Below are positions 42,467 to 52,259 of a stretch of DNA of 64,000 nucleotides, piece by piece (position 1 is the first letter of the stretch; each line of letters opens with the position of its first letter). Both the position numbers and the translations under genes were made by a program. Where the stretch lies: assembly GCA_029262375.1 (NCBI GenBank), contig JAJCZM010000026.1, positions 40,198-104,197 on the forward strand, in the 5' to 3' direction. The stretch is from Deltaproteobacteria bacterium. Lineage in GTDB: Bacteria; Desulfobacterota; Binatia; UBA1149; SPBQ01. The notes under the pieces were generated by a model that saw only the letters and a list, made by a program, of their open reading frames with translations, ran no database searches and was not told where the DNA came from.

Positions 42467-44290
42467 GTGGTTATGTTGAAGAGGCTCAAGAACATGTCGG
42501 TCCCGCACCGGCTATACGCGGCGTTCGCCATCCAGGTGTGCCTGTTGGTCGCGGCCAGCCTATTCGTCTACGAGCACGTTTCGGACATCCGAAGCTCCGT
42601 GGTGCGAGTAGTCGCCGTCTCGCTCCCACTGGAACGCGCCGTGCAAGAGATGGAGCGCAGTACCGATTCGTTCGCATCCGCCGTCATGCGCTACCAGAAC
42701 GAGCTCGATCCGCACGACAAGAAGCGTGCGCAGGAAGCAGTAGAACGTTTCTCCAACAGCGTAGATCGCTTCAAGAAACTCGCCCGCACGAATTCGCAGC
42801 GGTCGTTGCTGCGTGAGATCTACGGTGTGCACGGAGAACTTCAACTCGCCGGCAACGGCTTGATGACCACCGCCGACGAGCTCACGGCCAGCAGCAACAG
42901 TATCGACCTGGGCGTTACGGATCTCACGAAAGAACTCGACGAGAACATCGCAGGCATCGATCGTGCGTTGCCTTTGGCCGCCGAACTCATCGAAGCCAGC
43001 TACGGCATTCGCGGCGCGATGCGTCAGGCCAGTGCCGCCGCACGCCACTACCGGCTCGCCCCCGACGCTCAGTTGCGCAACGATGCACTGACTGCCACCA
43101 ACACCTTCACTCGCCACGCGTCAGTGTACGACACGCTCGCCGACAGTGGCCTGGTCTACCCTTGGTTGGCCGCCGCGCGCGACCGTGGCAACGACGTCAA
43201 ATCGAAGGTCGTCGAGCACTTCGATCTGGTAGATAAGAACATTCGCGCCTCGCGCTCGTTTCGCAGCGGTGCGTCCGACGTGATGGCTCGCCTCACCGAA
43301 GAACTTCGACCGCAGATCATGCAGGAGCGCGCCGAAGTACAGCGCGAGGTCGATCGTGCCGTCGCCGAGGCGCAGGCTGTCGTTCTCACGATCGCTTTCG
43401 CAGGTCTATGTCTCGGCGCCGCCCTGGCAATGTGGTCGAGCGTGGGAATCATGCGACCGCTTCAGGAAGCGGTGCGCAAACTCAACGAAACGAGCAGCAA
43501 GCTCGCAGCCTCTTCGGCGGACCGCTCTGCCGGCGCGCAAGAGCAGGTAGCATCGGTCGCGGAGAGCATGGCCACCGTGACGGAAGTCGCCCGGTCCGCC
43601 GAACAGGCGGCGGATCGCGCTACCTCGGTTGCCGATTCTGTGCGCCAGACCGACCAGGTCGCACAATCCGGCCGTTCCGCTGTCGGCGTCGCGGTCACGG
43701 CAATGGCTCGGGCCAAAGATCAGACGCATTCGATTGCCGAAAACATCGTTGCGCTCGCCGAGCAAGCGAAAGCGATCGGTGAGATCATCACCAGCGTCAA
43801 CGACATCGCGGAACAGACCAACCTGCTTTCGCTCAACGCGTCGATCGAAGCATCGCGAGCGGGCGAACACGGCAAGGGCTTCCAGGTCGTCGCAGGCGAG
43901 GTCAAAGAGTTGGCCGGCCAATCGAAGATGGCGACGCGCCAAGTCCGGGAGATCCTCGGTGAGATCCAGAAGGCTACGAGCAGCGCCGTCCTTTCGACGG
44001 AAGACGGTACGCACACCGTCGAGAACGCGGTCGATGTCGTGAGCCAGGCGGGCGACACGATCAACTCGCTCGCCGAGACGATTGCAAACGCCGCCAACGC
44101 CGCTTCGCAGATCGCAGCACACGCGGCGCAACAGGCCACCGCGATGACGCAGATCAAAAGCGCCATGGAAGACATCGACAAGGTGGCGCAGAGCAATGCG
44201 TCGTCGGCGAAAGAGATTCAGGGAATGGCTTCCGATCTCAGCGGCCTAGGCGCAGAACTGCAGGCACTCGTGCGAGGCAGCATCGGCTAA
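42467..44290 (+). CDS. methyl-accepting chemotaxis protein (one N-terminal TM, HAMP, MCP signalling domain)
   Basis: Highly conserved [31 protein letters not shown] signalling-domain core. N-terminal TM helix. Confidence 0.9.
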   Translation: MVMLKRLKNMSVPHRLYAAFAIQVCLLVAASLFVYEHVSDIRSSVVRVVAVSLPLERAVQEMERSTDSFASAVMRYQNELDPHDKKRAQEAVERFSNSVDRFKKLARTNSQRSLLREIYGVHGELQLAGNGLMTTADELTASSNSIDLGVTDLTKELDENIAGIDRALPLAAELIEASYGIRGAMRQASAAARHYRLAPDAQLRNDALTATNTFTRHASVYDTLADSGLVYPWLAAARDRGNDVKSKVVEHFDLVDKNIRASRSFRSGASDVMARLTEELRPQIMQERAEVQREVDRAVAEAQAVVLTIAFAGLCLGAALAMWSSVGIMRPLQEAVRKLNETSSKLAASSADRSAGAQEQVASVAESMATVTEVARSAEQAADRATSVADSVRQTDQVAQSGRSAVGVAVTAMARAKDQTHSIAENIVALAEQAKAIGEIITSVNDIAEQTNLLSLNASIEASRAGEHGKGFQVVAGEVKELAGQSKMATRQVREILGEIQKATSSAVLSTEDGTHTVENAVDVVSQAGDTINSLAETIANAANAASQIAAHAAQQATAMTQIKSAMEDIDKVAQSNASSAKEIQGMASDLSGLGAELQALVRGSIG

Positions 44291-44301
44291 CACCCATAGC
44301 G

Positions 44302-46782
44302 ATGCCGCACGACGACAACAGCTTGTTCGAGGCGATCCTCCCGACTTTCGTCGAGGAATTGCACGAACACGTCGATGCTCTGAACCGAAATCTTCTCGGA
44401 CTGGAAGGAAACGTTCCAGCAGAAGAGCGCGTCGAGCTACTCAACGCGCTCTTCCGTACCGCTCACACTCTCAAGGGCGCGTCCGCGATGATCAACATCG
44501 ACGTGCTCGAGACGACCTGCCATCAGTTCGAAGAAATACTCACAGCACTTCACAAGGGTGCGCTCGAGCTCGCGCCGAGCCTGATGCAGCTGTTGTTCGA
44601 GATGTGCGATGGAATTCAGGACGCAGGCTCGCGCCTGAACGAAGATCTAGGGCTCGACCAAGCCACGCTGCACGCGATAATTCCCAAGCTGGCGTTCGTC
44701 ATGATGGACGTCGATTGGCAACGCTACGAAGAAGTCGAGGCGGGTGAAGGCGACTCGACACGGGCGACCGTGCAGCCTTCCGATTTCGATTTCGACGCAC
44801 CTGGTGAACCGGAGCCCGTCTCCGCTTCGGCTCCTATTCTCAGTAGTCCGAACCTGCCCACCCTTCCGCCGCGCGAAGCGTCTCGCACGCTCATCGATCC
44901 GCTCGCCGCGATACTGGCACCCACAGAGGCCGCCGATGCGAACGATCGGGACCCCCACCACGACGCGGACACCGACGCCGATTCGCCGGCAATTGCATCG
45001 AGCGACGAAGGTTCGGCTCGTTCCTCTGCCGGTCAACGCATACGTTCATTCCGCATCACGGCTGACAAGATCGATACCCTGGTTGCGAAAGCAGGTGATT
45101 TGCTTGCGACGCGCGATCGGATGGATACGCGCGCAGAGGAAGTCCTCGGCCTACAGGAAGAGGTCGCGCAATGGCGCACCGAGTGGCTACAGACTCGCAA
45201 GACGCTCAGTTCTCTGACGTCCGGAGTACGCAGCGATACTCACCGCCATAAACTCGACCGCGAAGATCGCGTCGAGGAACTTTTTGACGACTTCTATCGA
45301 CGGCTGAGCGAGCTCGGAAAGAAACTCGATTCGCTGTCGTCGCACATGGCCACCGATCGCAGCTCGTTTCGACAATCCGTCATTCCAATGGAAGAGGATG
45401 TGCGCTCGATGCGTATGGTTCCTTTCTCGGAAGCATGCAACGGGTTCGAACGTATGGCTCGCGATGTCGCGCGACTCGGCAACAAGGAAGTCATTCTCGA
45501 AATCCGCGGCACCGAAGTGGAACTCGACCGTGCCGTGCTCGAGTCGATCAAGGACCCGCTGAGACACCTTGTGCGAAACGCCGTCGACCACGGCATCGAA
45601 GCACCGGCTACTCGCATCGCACACGGAAAGCCGGCGGCCGCAACGGTGGTGGTCTCGGCCCAACTCCAAGGTCCGCTGGTAGAGATCTCCGTGGCGGACG
45701 ACGGCCGCGGCATCAATCACGAAGCGATTCGTACCAAGGCCGAAACCCAGGGGATCGCGACACCGTCAGATCCACGCCAACTCGTCTCACTCATCTTCGA
45801 GCCGGGCTTCTCGACCGCCGAGAAGGTCACGAACATCTCGGGCCGCGGCGTCGGACTCGACGTCGTGAAAGCGACGATCGAAGGGCTACACGGCAGCATC
45901 GGCGTAGAATCCGAACTCGGAGCGGGAACGCGTTTCTCACTGAGCCTACCTCTCACTCTGACGACTATCCGAGTACTGCTTTTCCGTACCTGCGGTCAGC
46001 TGTTTGCAACATTGGCAACATCGGTGGACCAGCTCCTGACGGTTCGTCGCGAAGACATCCGCCTGGTAGGCGGACGGCCGGTAATCTCTCTCGGGTCGGA
46101 GCTCATACCGATCGCGTCTCTGGCCGAGACGATCGGAAAATCCGACGGGATGCTCGATGAACGTTCGGAACTCTCGACCATCGTCGTCACAACCGACAAT
46201 CATCGCGTCGCATTCACGGTGGATGAGTTCCTCGCAGAACAGCAGGTCGTCGTTAAGAGCCTCGGAAACCGACTGCACGGTGTACGCAACGTCTCGGGCG
46301 CCAGCGTTTTGTCGGGCGGCGAGATCGTCCTGATCCTCAATTCGGGCGAACTCGTCCGAGCGGTTCACGGCACCGCGTGGGACAGCGCCACCGCCTTCGC
46401 TTTCGAAGTGGAGAAGCCGCACTACCGCGTGCTTCTCGTCGATGACACGCCGACGACGCGCGTTCTGCAGAAAAGTATTCTCGAATCGGCCGGCTACGAG
46501 GTCCTCATGGCGGTTGACGGTATCGACGCATGGGCTGTGCTGCTCTCGGAGCAGATCGACCTCGTGATCACCGATGTGGACATGCCGCGCAAGGACGGAT
46601 TCGCGCTGACGCACGACATCCGCCAGAGCGAGGTCCATCGCCACCTGCCCATCATTCTCGTGACGGGGCGCGGCACCGACAGCGACAAAAGACGAGGCGC
46701 GGACGCGGGCGCGAACGCCTATATCGTCAAGAGCCAGTTCGATCACATGTCGTTGCTCTCAACGATCGAGAGGCTGATCTGA
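44302..46782 (+). CDS. cheA: hybrid CheA histidine kinase with C-terminal receiver domain (CheA-REC)
   Basis: Hpt (FRTAHTLKGASAMIN), HATPase_c (G boxes GRGVGLD, GAGTRF), CheW-like P5, and C-terminal REC (LLVDDTP...ITDVDMPRKDG...K). Confidence 0.9.
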   Translation: MPHDDNSLFEAILPTFVEELHEHVDALNRNLLGLEGNVPAEERVELLNALFRTAHTLKGASAMINIDVLETTCHQFEEILTALHKGALELAPSLMQLLFEMCDGIQDAGSRLNEDLGLDQATLHAIIPKLAFVMMDVDWQRYEEVEAGEGDSTRATVQPSDFDFDAPGEPEPVSASAPILSSPNLPTLPPREASRTLIDPLAAILAPTEAADANDRDPHHDADTDADSPAIASSDEGSARSSAGQRIRSFRITADKIDTLVAKAGDLLATRDRMDTRAEEVLGLQEEVAQWRTEWLQTRKTLSSLTSGVRSDTHRHKLDREDRVEELFDDFYRRLSELGKKLDSLSSHMATDRSSFRQSVIPMEEDVRSMRMVPFSEACNGFERMARDVARLGNKEVILEIRGTEVELDRAVLESIKDPLRHLVRNAVDHGIEAPATRIAHGKPAAATVVVSAQLQGPLVEISVADDGRGINHEAIRTKAETQGIATPSDPRQLVSLIFEPGFSTAEKVTNISGRGVGLDVVKATIEGLHGSIGVESELGAGTRFSLSLPLTLTTIRVLLFRTCGQLFATLATSVDQLLTVRREDIRLVGGRPVISLGSELIPIASLAETIGKSDGMLDERSELSTIVVTTDNHRVAFTVDEFLAEQQVVVKSLGNRLHGVRNVSGASVLSGGEIVLILNSGELVRAVHGTAWDSATAFAFEVEKPHYRVLLVDDTPTTRVLQKSILESAGYEVLMAVDGIDAWAVLLSEQIDLVITDVDMPRKDGFALTHDIRQSEVHRHLPIILVTGRGTDSDKRRGADAGANAYIVKSQFDHMSLLSTIERLI

Positions 46783-46783
46783 G

Positions 46784-47431
46784 ATGGTAGACGGTAGGGA
46801 CATTGACGAGCGCAGACGCTTCGACGTCGTCGTGATCGCGTCATCAACCGGCGGGCCCACTGCCCTCGGCGCCGTGCTCGGCGGTCTCGATGACGATTTC
46901 GACCTGCCGGTTCTCGTTGTCCAACACATGATGCCCGCGTTCACTCGAGAGTTCGCCGAGTGGCTGGGCCAGACGGTCTCACTACCGGTCAGCATTGCGC
47001 GACACGGCGACAAGCTCCGGCCCGGCACGGCGTACCTTGCACCGGAAGACGTCCACCTCACGCTCATCGATCGAAACACCGTGGGACTCAGCGACGCGCC
47101 GCGACGCGGCTATCACCGTCCCTCGGCAGACGTACTCTTCGAATCTGCGGCGGAGAGTTTCGGCGCACGAACACTCGCGGTCGTACTGACCGGCATGGGT
47201 AACGACGGCACCGAAGGTCTGGCCAAAATACACACCGCCGGCGGCCACGTATTGATACAAGACGAAGCGAGCTGCGTGGTGTACGGAATGCCCGGCGCGG
47301 CAGCAGCGGCGGGACTCGCCGACAGCATCGTCGCATTGGAAGACATGGCACAACGCATTACGCTGCTGGCTCGCAAGCGCGCGCCGAGAGCCGATTCGGG
47401 AATGGGAAAGGAGATCGCCGACCTCTCATGA
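46784..47431 (+). CDS. cheB: CheB methylesterase, catalytic domain only (no receiver)
   Basis: VVIASSTGGPTAL, VVQHMMPAFT and GMGNDG methylesterase motifs. 215 aa. Confidence 0.85.
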   Translation: MVDGRDIDERRRFDVVVIASSTGGPTALGAVLGGLDDDFDLPVLVVQHMMPAFTREFAEWLGQTVSLPVSIARHGDKLRPGTAYLAPEDVHLTLIDRNTVGLSDAPRRGYHRPSADVLFESAAESFGARTLAVVLTGMGNDGTEGLAKIHTAGGHVLIQDEASCVVYGMPGAAAAAGLADSIVALEDMAQRITLLARKRAPRADSGMGKEIADLS

Positions 47432-48201
47432 GCGACACCGTCGAAAAGCCCGCCGTTGTACTGACGGCCGATGACGACCCGGTCACCTCGCAGATTCTTC
47501 TCGCGTATCTGGAAGTCGAAGGCTACGAAGTGCTGCTTGCGGCCGACGGCGACGAGGCGATCGCGTTGGCGAAGGCAAATCCCCCCGATGCGGTGATCCT
47601 CGACTACAACATCCCCCCCACCAACGGTGCCGACGTAGCACGCGCGCTCCGCGCCGACCCGACGACACAGCACGCCGGCATCGCGCTGCTGACGGCTTCG
47701 ACCGAACTGGTGGACAACGGGGCCGAAGAAGATCTCTGGAACGCGCGCCTGTCCAAACCCGTAGATCAGCCTTACTTGGCGAGCATCGTCGCATCGCTCA
47801 TCGCGGGAGCGCATGCGCTCCTACGCGAGAATGCGCCCGAGGCGCCGGACGCGCCGCTCCCCGACGATCCGATTCAAGCAGAGTTCGTGAGCCGGCTTCG
47901 CGACAAGGTCCCGCAGATGCGCCAACTCGCTCGATGCGAAGCCAACGCGACCGCGCCGGGATCTCCGCTGCGCGTACTGCGGCGTCATCTTCAGCAGATC
48001 GAGGGATCGGCGAAGATGTGCGGCTTTCCGGAAGTTGAACTACGCGCCTTGGAAGCCGCGCAGTTGCTCGACTCTTGCCTTGGCGCGATCGAAGCAGGTG
48101 CCGAGAGCCATCTCGACGACCTGCGCGCTTCGATCGAAACCATCGCGGCACTGGCCAAGACCGCCGGCTCCATCAGCCCGACTGCCACAGACCGGCCGTA
48201 G
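47428..48201 (+). CDS. response regulator receiver fused to C-terminal Hpt-like domain
   Basis: REC (LTADDDP...ILDYNIPPTNG...SKP). The C-terminal HLQQIEGSAKMCGFPEVELRALEAAQ resembles an Hpt helix bundle. It is the last gene of the che cluster. Confidence 0.6.
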   Translation: MSDTVEKPAVVLTADDDPVTSQILLAYLEVEGYEVLLAADGDEAIALAKANPPDAVILDYNIPPTNGADVARALRADPTTQHAGIALLTASTELVDNGAEEDLWNARLSKPVDQPYLASIVASLIAGAHALLRENAPEAPDAPLPDDPIQAEFVSRLRDKVPQMRQLARCEANATAPGSPLRVLRRHLQQIEGSAKMCGFPEVELRALEAAQLLDSCLGAIEAGAESHLDDLRASIETIAALAKTAGSISPTATDRP

Positions 48202-48225
48202 GAACCTGTGCCGGACCGGCGCCTG

Positions 48226-48678
48226 CTAGTTCGCGCCCATCGCGCCCATAATGATCTGCACCGACATTCCGATCACCGAGAGCGCCCCCGCAAAGAACGA
48301 GAGCGCGCGCCACGGCTGCAGCTGCATCGTGTAGAAGAACGTGTGCAGCAGACGAGCGACGGTAAAGGTCCAGAGATAAGCCGCCGCACTGCTCGGCGAT
48401 GCCCCGCTGAGCACGAACACGAGACCGATCGCGAAAAACGCCGGCAGGTTCTCGGCATCGTTTCGCTGGATCCTCAGGGCCTGGGCTACCGCAGGCGCCT
48501 CCTGCGGCTCCGCGGTGCCGCCGCTACCGAACACACGAGCGTCCTCAGGGTTCGTGTAGCCCTGATTGCGCTGCCGCTGGACCCCTGAGTACACCGACGA
48601 CCAGAAGAGCTTCAGCGCGAGAATGGCGCTGCACAGCGCGTAGGTCTGGAAAGCTGGGTTGTCTGCCAAAATATCCAT
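48226..48678 (-). CDS. MAPEG-family-like membrane protein
   Basis: 150 aa from MDILADNP. 3-4 TM. The family call is tentative. Confidence 0.4.
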   Translation of the reverse strand: MDILADNPAFQTYALCSAILALKLFWSSVYSGVQRQRNQGYTNPEDARVFGSGGTAEPQEAPAVAQALRIQRNDAENLPAFFAIGLVFVLSGASPSSAAAYLWTFTVARLLHTFFYTMQLQPWRALSFFAGALSVIGMSVQIIMGAMGAN

Positions 48679-48764
48679 GATTCCACCTCCTTCGGGGGGT
48701 GACGCCGTATAGCCAACCGGCCGTGGCAAGGAAATGCCCTGCCTTGAGCAATTTACAATCAGGC

Positions 48765-48793
48765 TTGACTGTTTGTTAGTTCTTGCGTATATT
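48765..48793 (+). promoter_or_regulatory. sigma70-type promoter (TTGACT-17-TATATT) for the TetR gene; predicts a leaderless transcript
   Basis: TTGACT at 48765-48770, 17-bp spacer, TATATT at 48788-48793, ATG at 48801. An AT-rich island in a GC-rich genome. The spacer contains TGTTTGTTAG. Confidence 0.5.
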
Positions 48794-48800
48794 TTTCGTC

Positions 48801-49439
48801 ATGACGACGGCGACGGCTCAACCCACACGGCGCACCCAAGCGCAGCGCTCGGCGGAAACGCAGGGACTCCTACTCGACGCCGCCCTCGATTGCCTGGTCG
48901 AACTCGGTTACGGCGACACGACGACGACCGTCGTCGCCAAACGCGCCGGTGTATCGCGCGGAGCGCAGCTTCATCACTTCCCCACGCGGGCCAGCTTGGT
49001 AGCGGCCGCCATCGCGCACCTGTTCGCCGAACTCACCGCCGAGTACCAGCGCGCGTTCACCGCTGTAGGCGATGCAAAGGATCGGCTACCCGCGGCTCTC
49101 GATCTTCTCTGGTCAATGTTCACGCACCCGCGCTACCCCGCCGTCACCGAGCTACACACTGCCGCCCGTACCGACTCGGAACTAGCGGCCGCGCTGCTCC
49201 CCATTGCTGAGAATCACCGCGCGAACGTGCACCGTCTCGCCGCCGAGTACTTCCCGGCCGCCGCGCGCAATCGCGCGCGCGTCGACGCCACGTTGGCGAT
49301 GCTGCTCAACGCGATGCACGGCATGGTCGTGTCGTGGGAATCCTTCGGCGACGGCATCGACATCGACGCAGAACGCGAAGTGTTCGCAGACACGGCACTC
49401 ATCCTGATCGCCAATCTCGAACGAGACGGGCTCTCGTAG
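48801..49439 (+). CDS. TetR/AcrR-family transcriptional regulator
   Basis: N-terminal HTH TTTVVAKRAGVSRGAQLHHFPTRASL. About 210 aa. Confidence 0.85.
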   Translation: MTTATAQPTRRTQAQRSAETQGLLLDAALDCLVELGYGDTTTTVVAKRAGVSRGAQLHHFPTRASLVAAAIAHLFAELTAEYQRAFTAVGDAKDRLPAALDLLWSMFTHPRYPAVTELHTAARTDSELAAALLPIAENHRANVHRLAAEYFPAAARNRARVDATLAMLLNAMHGMVVSWESFGDGIDIDAEREVFADTALILIANLERDGLS

Positions 49440-49461
49440 AATATCCAGGTAGGTTTTTGCG

Positions 49462-50370
49462 ATGGAAGCACTTCGATTTGACCTTACGATTCTCGCCATT
49501 CCGACCTTCGTCGTCTTGATGCTCATCGAATCGATGATCACCGGCCGTCGCCGCAGCTCCGGCGCACCAATGCGCGGCTACACCCCGCGCGACACAGCGG
49601 CAAGCCTGAGCATGGGGGTCGGCAACGTGTTGATCGATTTGTTCATGAAGGGCGTCGCCATCTCGGCGGCGGCAGCACTCGCGACGCTCGTGCCGTGGAA
49701 ACTCGACTCGACTTCGACGTGGACCTGGGTCGGCGTCTTCCTCGCAACCGACTTCTGCTACTACTGGTTCCATCGGTTCCATCACGAGATTCGACTGTTC
49801 TGGGCGGCGCACGAGAACCATCATTCGAGCACGCACTACAACCTCTCGACCGCGCTGCGACAGTCCTGGACCACTCCGTTCACGGGCATGCTGTTCTACA
49901 TCCCGCTGCCTTTGCTGGGGTTCGAACCGAAGTTGATCATGAGCGCGATCGCGCTCAATACGATCTATCAGTTCTGGATTCACACCGAGGCGATCGACAA
50001 ATTGGGTCCGCTCGAATGGGTCATAAACACACCGTCGCATCACCGCGTACACCACGGGCGCAACGTTGAGTATCTCGACAAGAATTACGCCGGCATGCTC
50101 ATCATCTGGGATCGCATGTTCGGGACGTTCGAACCCGAGGTCGCAGCCGTAGACTACGGTCTGACGACGAACATCCACACCTACAATCCCGTAAGAATTG
50201 CATTTCACGAGTGGGCCGCGATGCTACGCGCCGCATCGCGGGCCGACTCTCTCAAGAACGCTTGGAACTACCTGGTGCAACCACCCGGCTGGAGCCCCGA
50301 CGGGCGTACGCTCACTGCATCGCAGATGCAGGAGCGCCTCGAGCGCGGGCTATCGGTGACACCGCACTAG
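49462..50370 (+). CDS. fatty-acid hydroxylase / sterol desaturase superfamily membrane protein
   Basis: Histidine boxes HRFHHE, HENHH and HHRVHH. Multiple TM segments. Confidence 0.8.
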   Translation: MEALRFDLTILAIPTFVVLMLIESMITGRRRSSGAPMRGYTPRDTAASLSMGVGNVLIDLFMKGVAISAAAALATLVPWKLDSTSTWTWVGVFLATDFCYYWFHRFHHEIRLFWAAHENHHSSTHYNLSTALRQSWTTPFTGMLFYIPLPLLGFEPKLIMSAIALNTIYQFWIHTEAIDKLGPLEWVINTPSHHRVHHGRNVEYLDKNYAGMLIIWDRMFGTFEPEVAAVDYGLTTNIHTYNPVRIAFHEWAAMLRAASRADSLKNAWNYLVQPPGWSPDGRTLTASQMQERLERGLSVTPH

Positions 50371-50374
50371 CGCG

Positions 50375-50896
50375 CTACGCCGACGCTCGGCGCCGCAGTA
50401 GTAAGTGAGTGAACGTCGCGATCGTTTTCGCGTCGACGATCTCACCGCGTTCGATCATCGCGACGACGTCGTCGAACTCCATCTCATGCATTTCGATCTG
50501 CTCGGCGGGGCCACGATCAAGCGTACCCGTCTCGAGATCGTGGGCCGTATAGAGATGGATCCGTTCATCGGTGAAGCCGGCGGCGGTCAGCACTTCACCG
50601 AGTCGCTCGATGCGGCCGGCGCGATAGCCGGTTTCCTCCTCGAGCTCGCGCACGACACAGACCTCGTGACTCTCGCCCGGATCGAGTTTTCCGGCAGGCA
50701 CTTCCCACATCCATTCACGAATTGGGTATCGGTACTGACGCAGCATGAGCACTCGTCCATCGTCGAGAAACGGCAGAACAGCCGCCGCTCCGGGATGATA
50801 GAGCACTTCGAAACGCGCGCGATGGCCGTTGTCCAGCTCGACTTCCTCGATACAGAACCGGCCGATATTTCCATCGCTCAATACTTCGCGACTCAT
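50375..50896 (-). CDS. NUDIX hydrolase (ADP-ribose pyrophosphatase-like)
   Basis: Nudix box GKLDPGESHEVCVVRELEEETG. Start at MSREV. The track ORF extends to 50992 and would overlap nth. Confidence 0.8.
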   Translation of the reverse strand: MSREVLSDGNIGRFCIEEVELDNGHRARFEVLYHPGAAAVLPFLDDGRVLMLRQYRYPIREWMWEVPAGKLDPGESHEVCVVRELEEETGYRAGRIERLGEVLTAAGFTDERIHLYTAHDLETGTLDRGPAEQIEMHEMEFDDVVAMIERGEIVDAKTIATFTHLLLRRRASA

Positions 50897-50904
50897 ACAA
50901 ACTC

Positions 50905-51606
50905 CTACTTTCTCTTGGCGGGCGACTTCTTTCTCGTCACCGGCTTGTGCTTCGCGGATGACGGGTACGGGCACAACGCCCGCAGCGTACATGCGTCGCA
51001 GTGCGGTTTACGCGCATCGCACACTCGGCGTCCGTGAAAGATCATCGCGTGCGAGAATTGCGTCCAATCGTCGCGCGGAACGAGTTCCATCAGTTCTTTC
51101 TCTACCTTGACGGCATCGGTCTGTTTCGTCAGCCCCAACCGTGAAGCGATGCGACCAACGTGGGTATCGACAACCAAACCGGGCACGGCAAACGCGTTCC
51201 CCAAGATCACATTCGCCGTCTTTCGCCCCACCCCGGGCAGCTTGACGAGATCCTCGAGCCGCGGCGGAATCTCGCCGCCATGGTCTGCAACAACGGCCCG
51301 CGCCATACCGATCAGCGACTTGGTCTTGTTCTTGTAGAACCCGGTCGAGCGAATGATCGCTTGCAAGTCTTCATCGTCGGCTTCGCTGAGACGTACCGCG
51401 TCCGGATATCGTGCGAACAACGCAGGGGTCACCATGTTCACCATCTTGTCGGTACATTGCGCCGATAGTATGGTCGCACACAGCAGTTCGAACGCACTAC
51501 CGTAGTCGAGCGCGCAACGGGCGTCGGGATGCGCCTGGAACAACGCTTCGACGATCTGCCGTGCGCGCCCTTCACGCGCTGCTTTAGATTCTCGCGGCAT
51601 CGCCAA
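50905..51606 (-). CDS. nth: endonuclease III
   Basis: HhH-GPD (LCATILSAQCTD; LPGVGRKTANV). 4Fe-4S C-X6-C-X2-C-X5-C (CDARKPHCDACTLRALC). Lys-rich C-terminal tail. Confidence 0.9.
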   Translation of the reverse strand: MAMPRESKAAREGRARQIVEALFQAHPDARCALDYGSAFELLCATILSAQCTDKMVNMVTPALFARYPDAVRLSEADDEDLQAIIRSTGFYKNKTKSLIGMARAVVADHGGEIPPRLEDLVKLPGVGRKTANVILGNAFAVPGLVVDTHVGRIASRLGLTKQTDAVKVEKELMELVPRDDWTQFSHAMIFHGRRVCDARKPHCDACTLRALCPYPSSAKHKPVTRKKSPAKRK

Positions 51607-51623
51607 CGAGTCTAGGAGAAATC

Positions 51624-52244
51624 ATGAGAACTCCAAACACACGCACGAAAATTGCCGCTACGCCTTCTTCCCCGGAACTCGAAGCGGTGCGAGTCGACAG
51701 CGCCGCGATGCCGGCCGTCGTTGCTCCGCCTCACCCTTTGCACGGCGGTTCGATCGACATTCCTGCAGTTGCAGGTCTGTTCAATGCGCTGGCGGATTCG
51801 GGATTCGCGCCGCTCGCGTTCAACTGGCGCGGCGTAGGAGCCAGCGCCGGCGTCCCGAGTGGCGAAATTGACGATGCGGTCGCCGACTACCTTGCCGCCG
51901 TGCAGCACGCATCGGAGGGTGCACCGTTGGTCGCGGGTGGCTACTCGTGGGGCGCGGCAGCGGCACTCGTGGTTGCGGGTATTGCGCCTCACATCGAGCG
52001 GCTCGTCGTCATCGCACCGCCCATCGCGATGATGCAAGACAAGAGCGTGCTCGACACGGGACGCCCTCTGCACGTCATCGCGGGCAGCGACGACATGTTC
52101 GCGCCGCGCGACCAACTCGAAGAGACGATCGAGTCGATAGACGGTGCAACACTCGACATCATCGAAGGTGCCGACCATTTCTTCTCGACGGGTGGTATCG
52201 ACCGCGTCGAGCAACGCATTCGCACCCGGCTCGGTACCGACTGA
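51624..52244 (+). CDS. alpha/beta-fold hydrolase (dienelactone-hydrolase-like)
   Basis: About 200 aa. GYSWGA nucleophile elbow. The C-terminal GADHFF is the probable catalytic His. Confidence 0.5.
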   Translation: MRTPNTRTKIAATPSSPELEAVRVDSAAMPAVVAPPHPLHGGSIDIPAVAGLFNALADSGFAPLAFNWRGVGASAGVPSGEIDDAVADYLAAVQHASEGAPLVAGGYSWGAAAALVVAGIAPHIERLVVIAPPIAMMQDKSVLDTGRPLHVIAGSDDMFAPRDQLEETIESIDGATLDIIEGADHFFSTGGIDRVEQRIRTRLGTD

Positions 52245-52259
52245 AACGGTAGATTCCGG

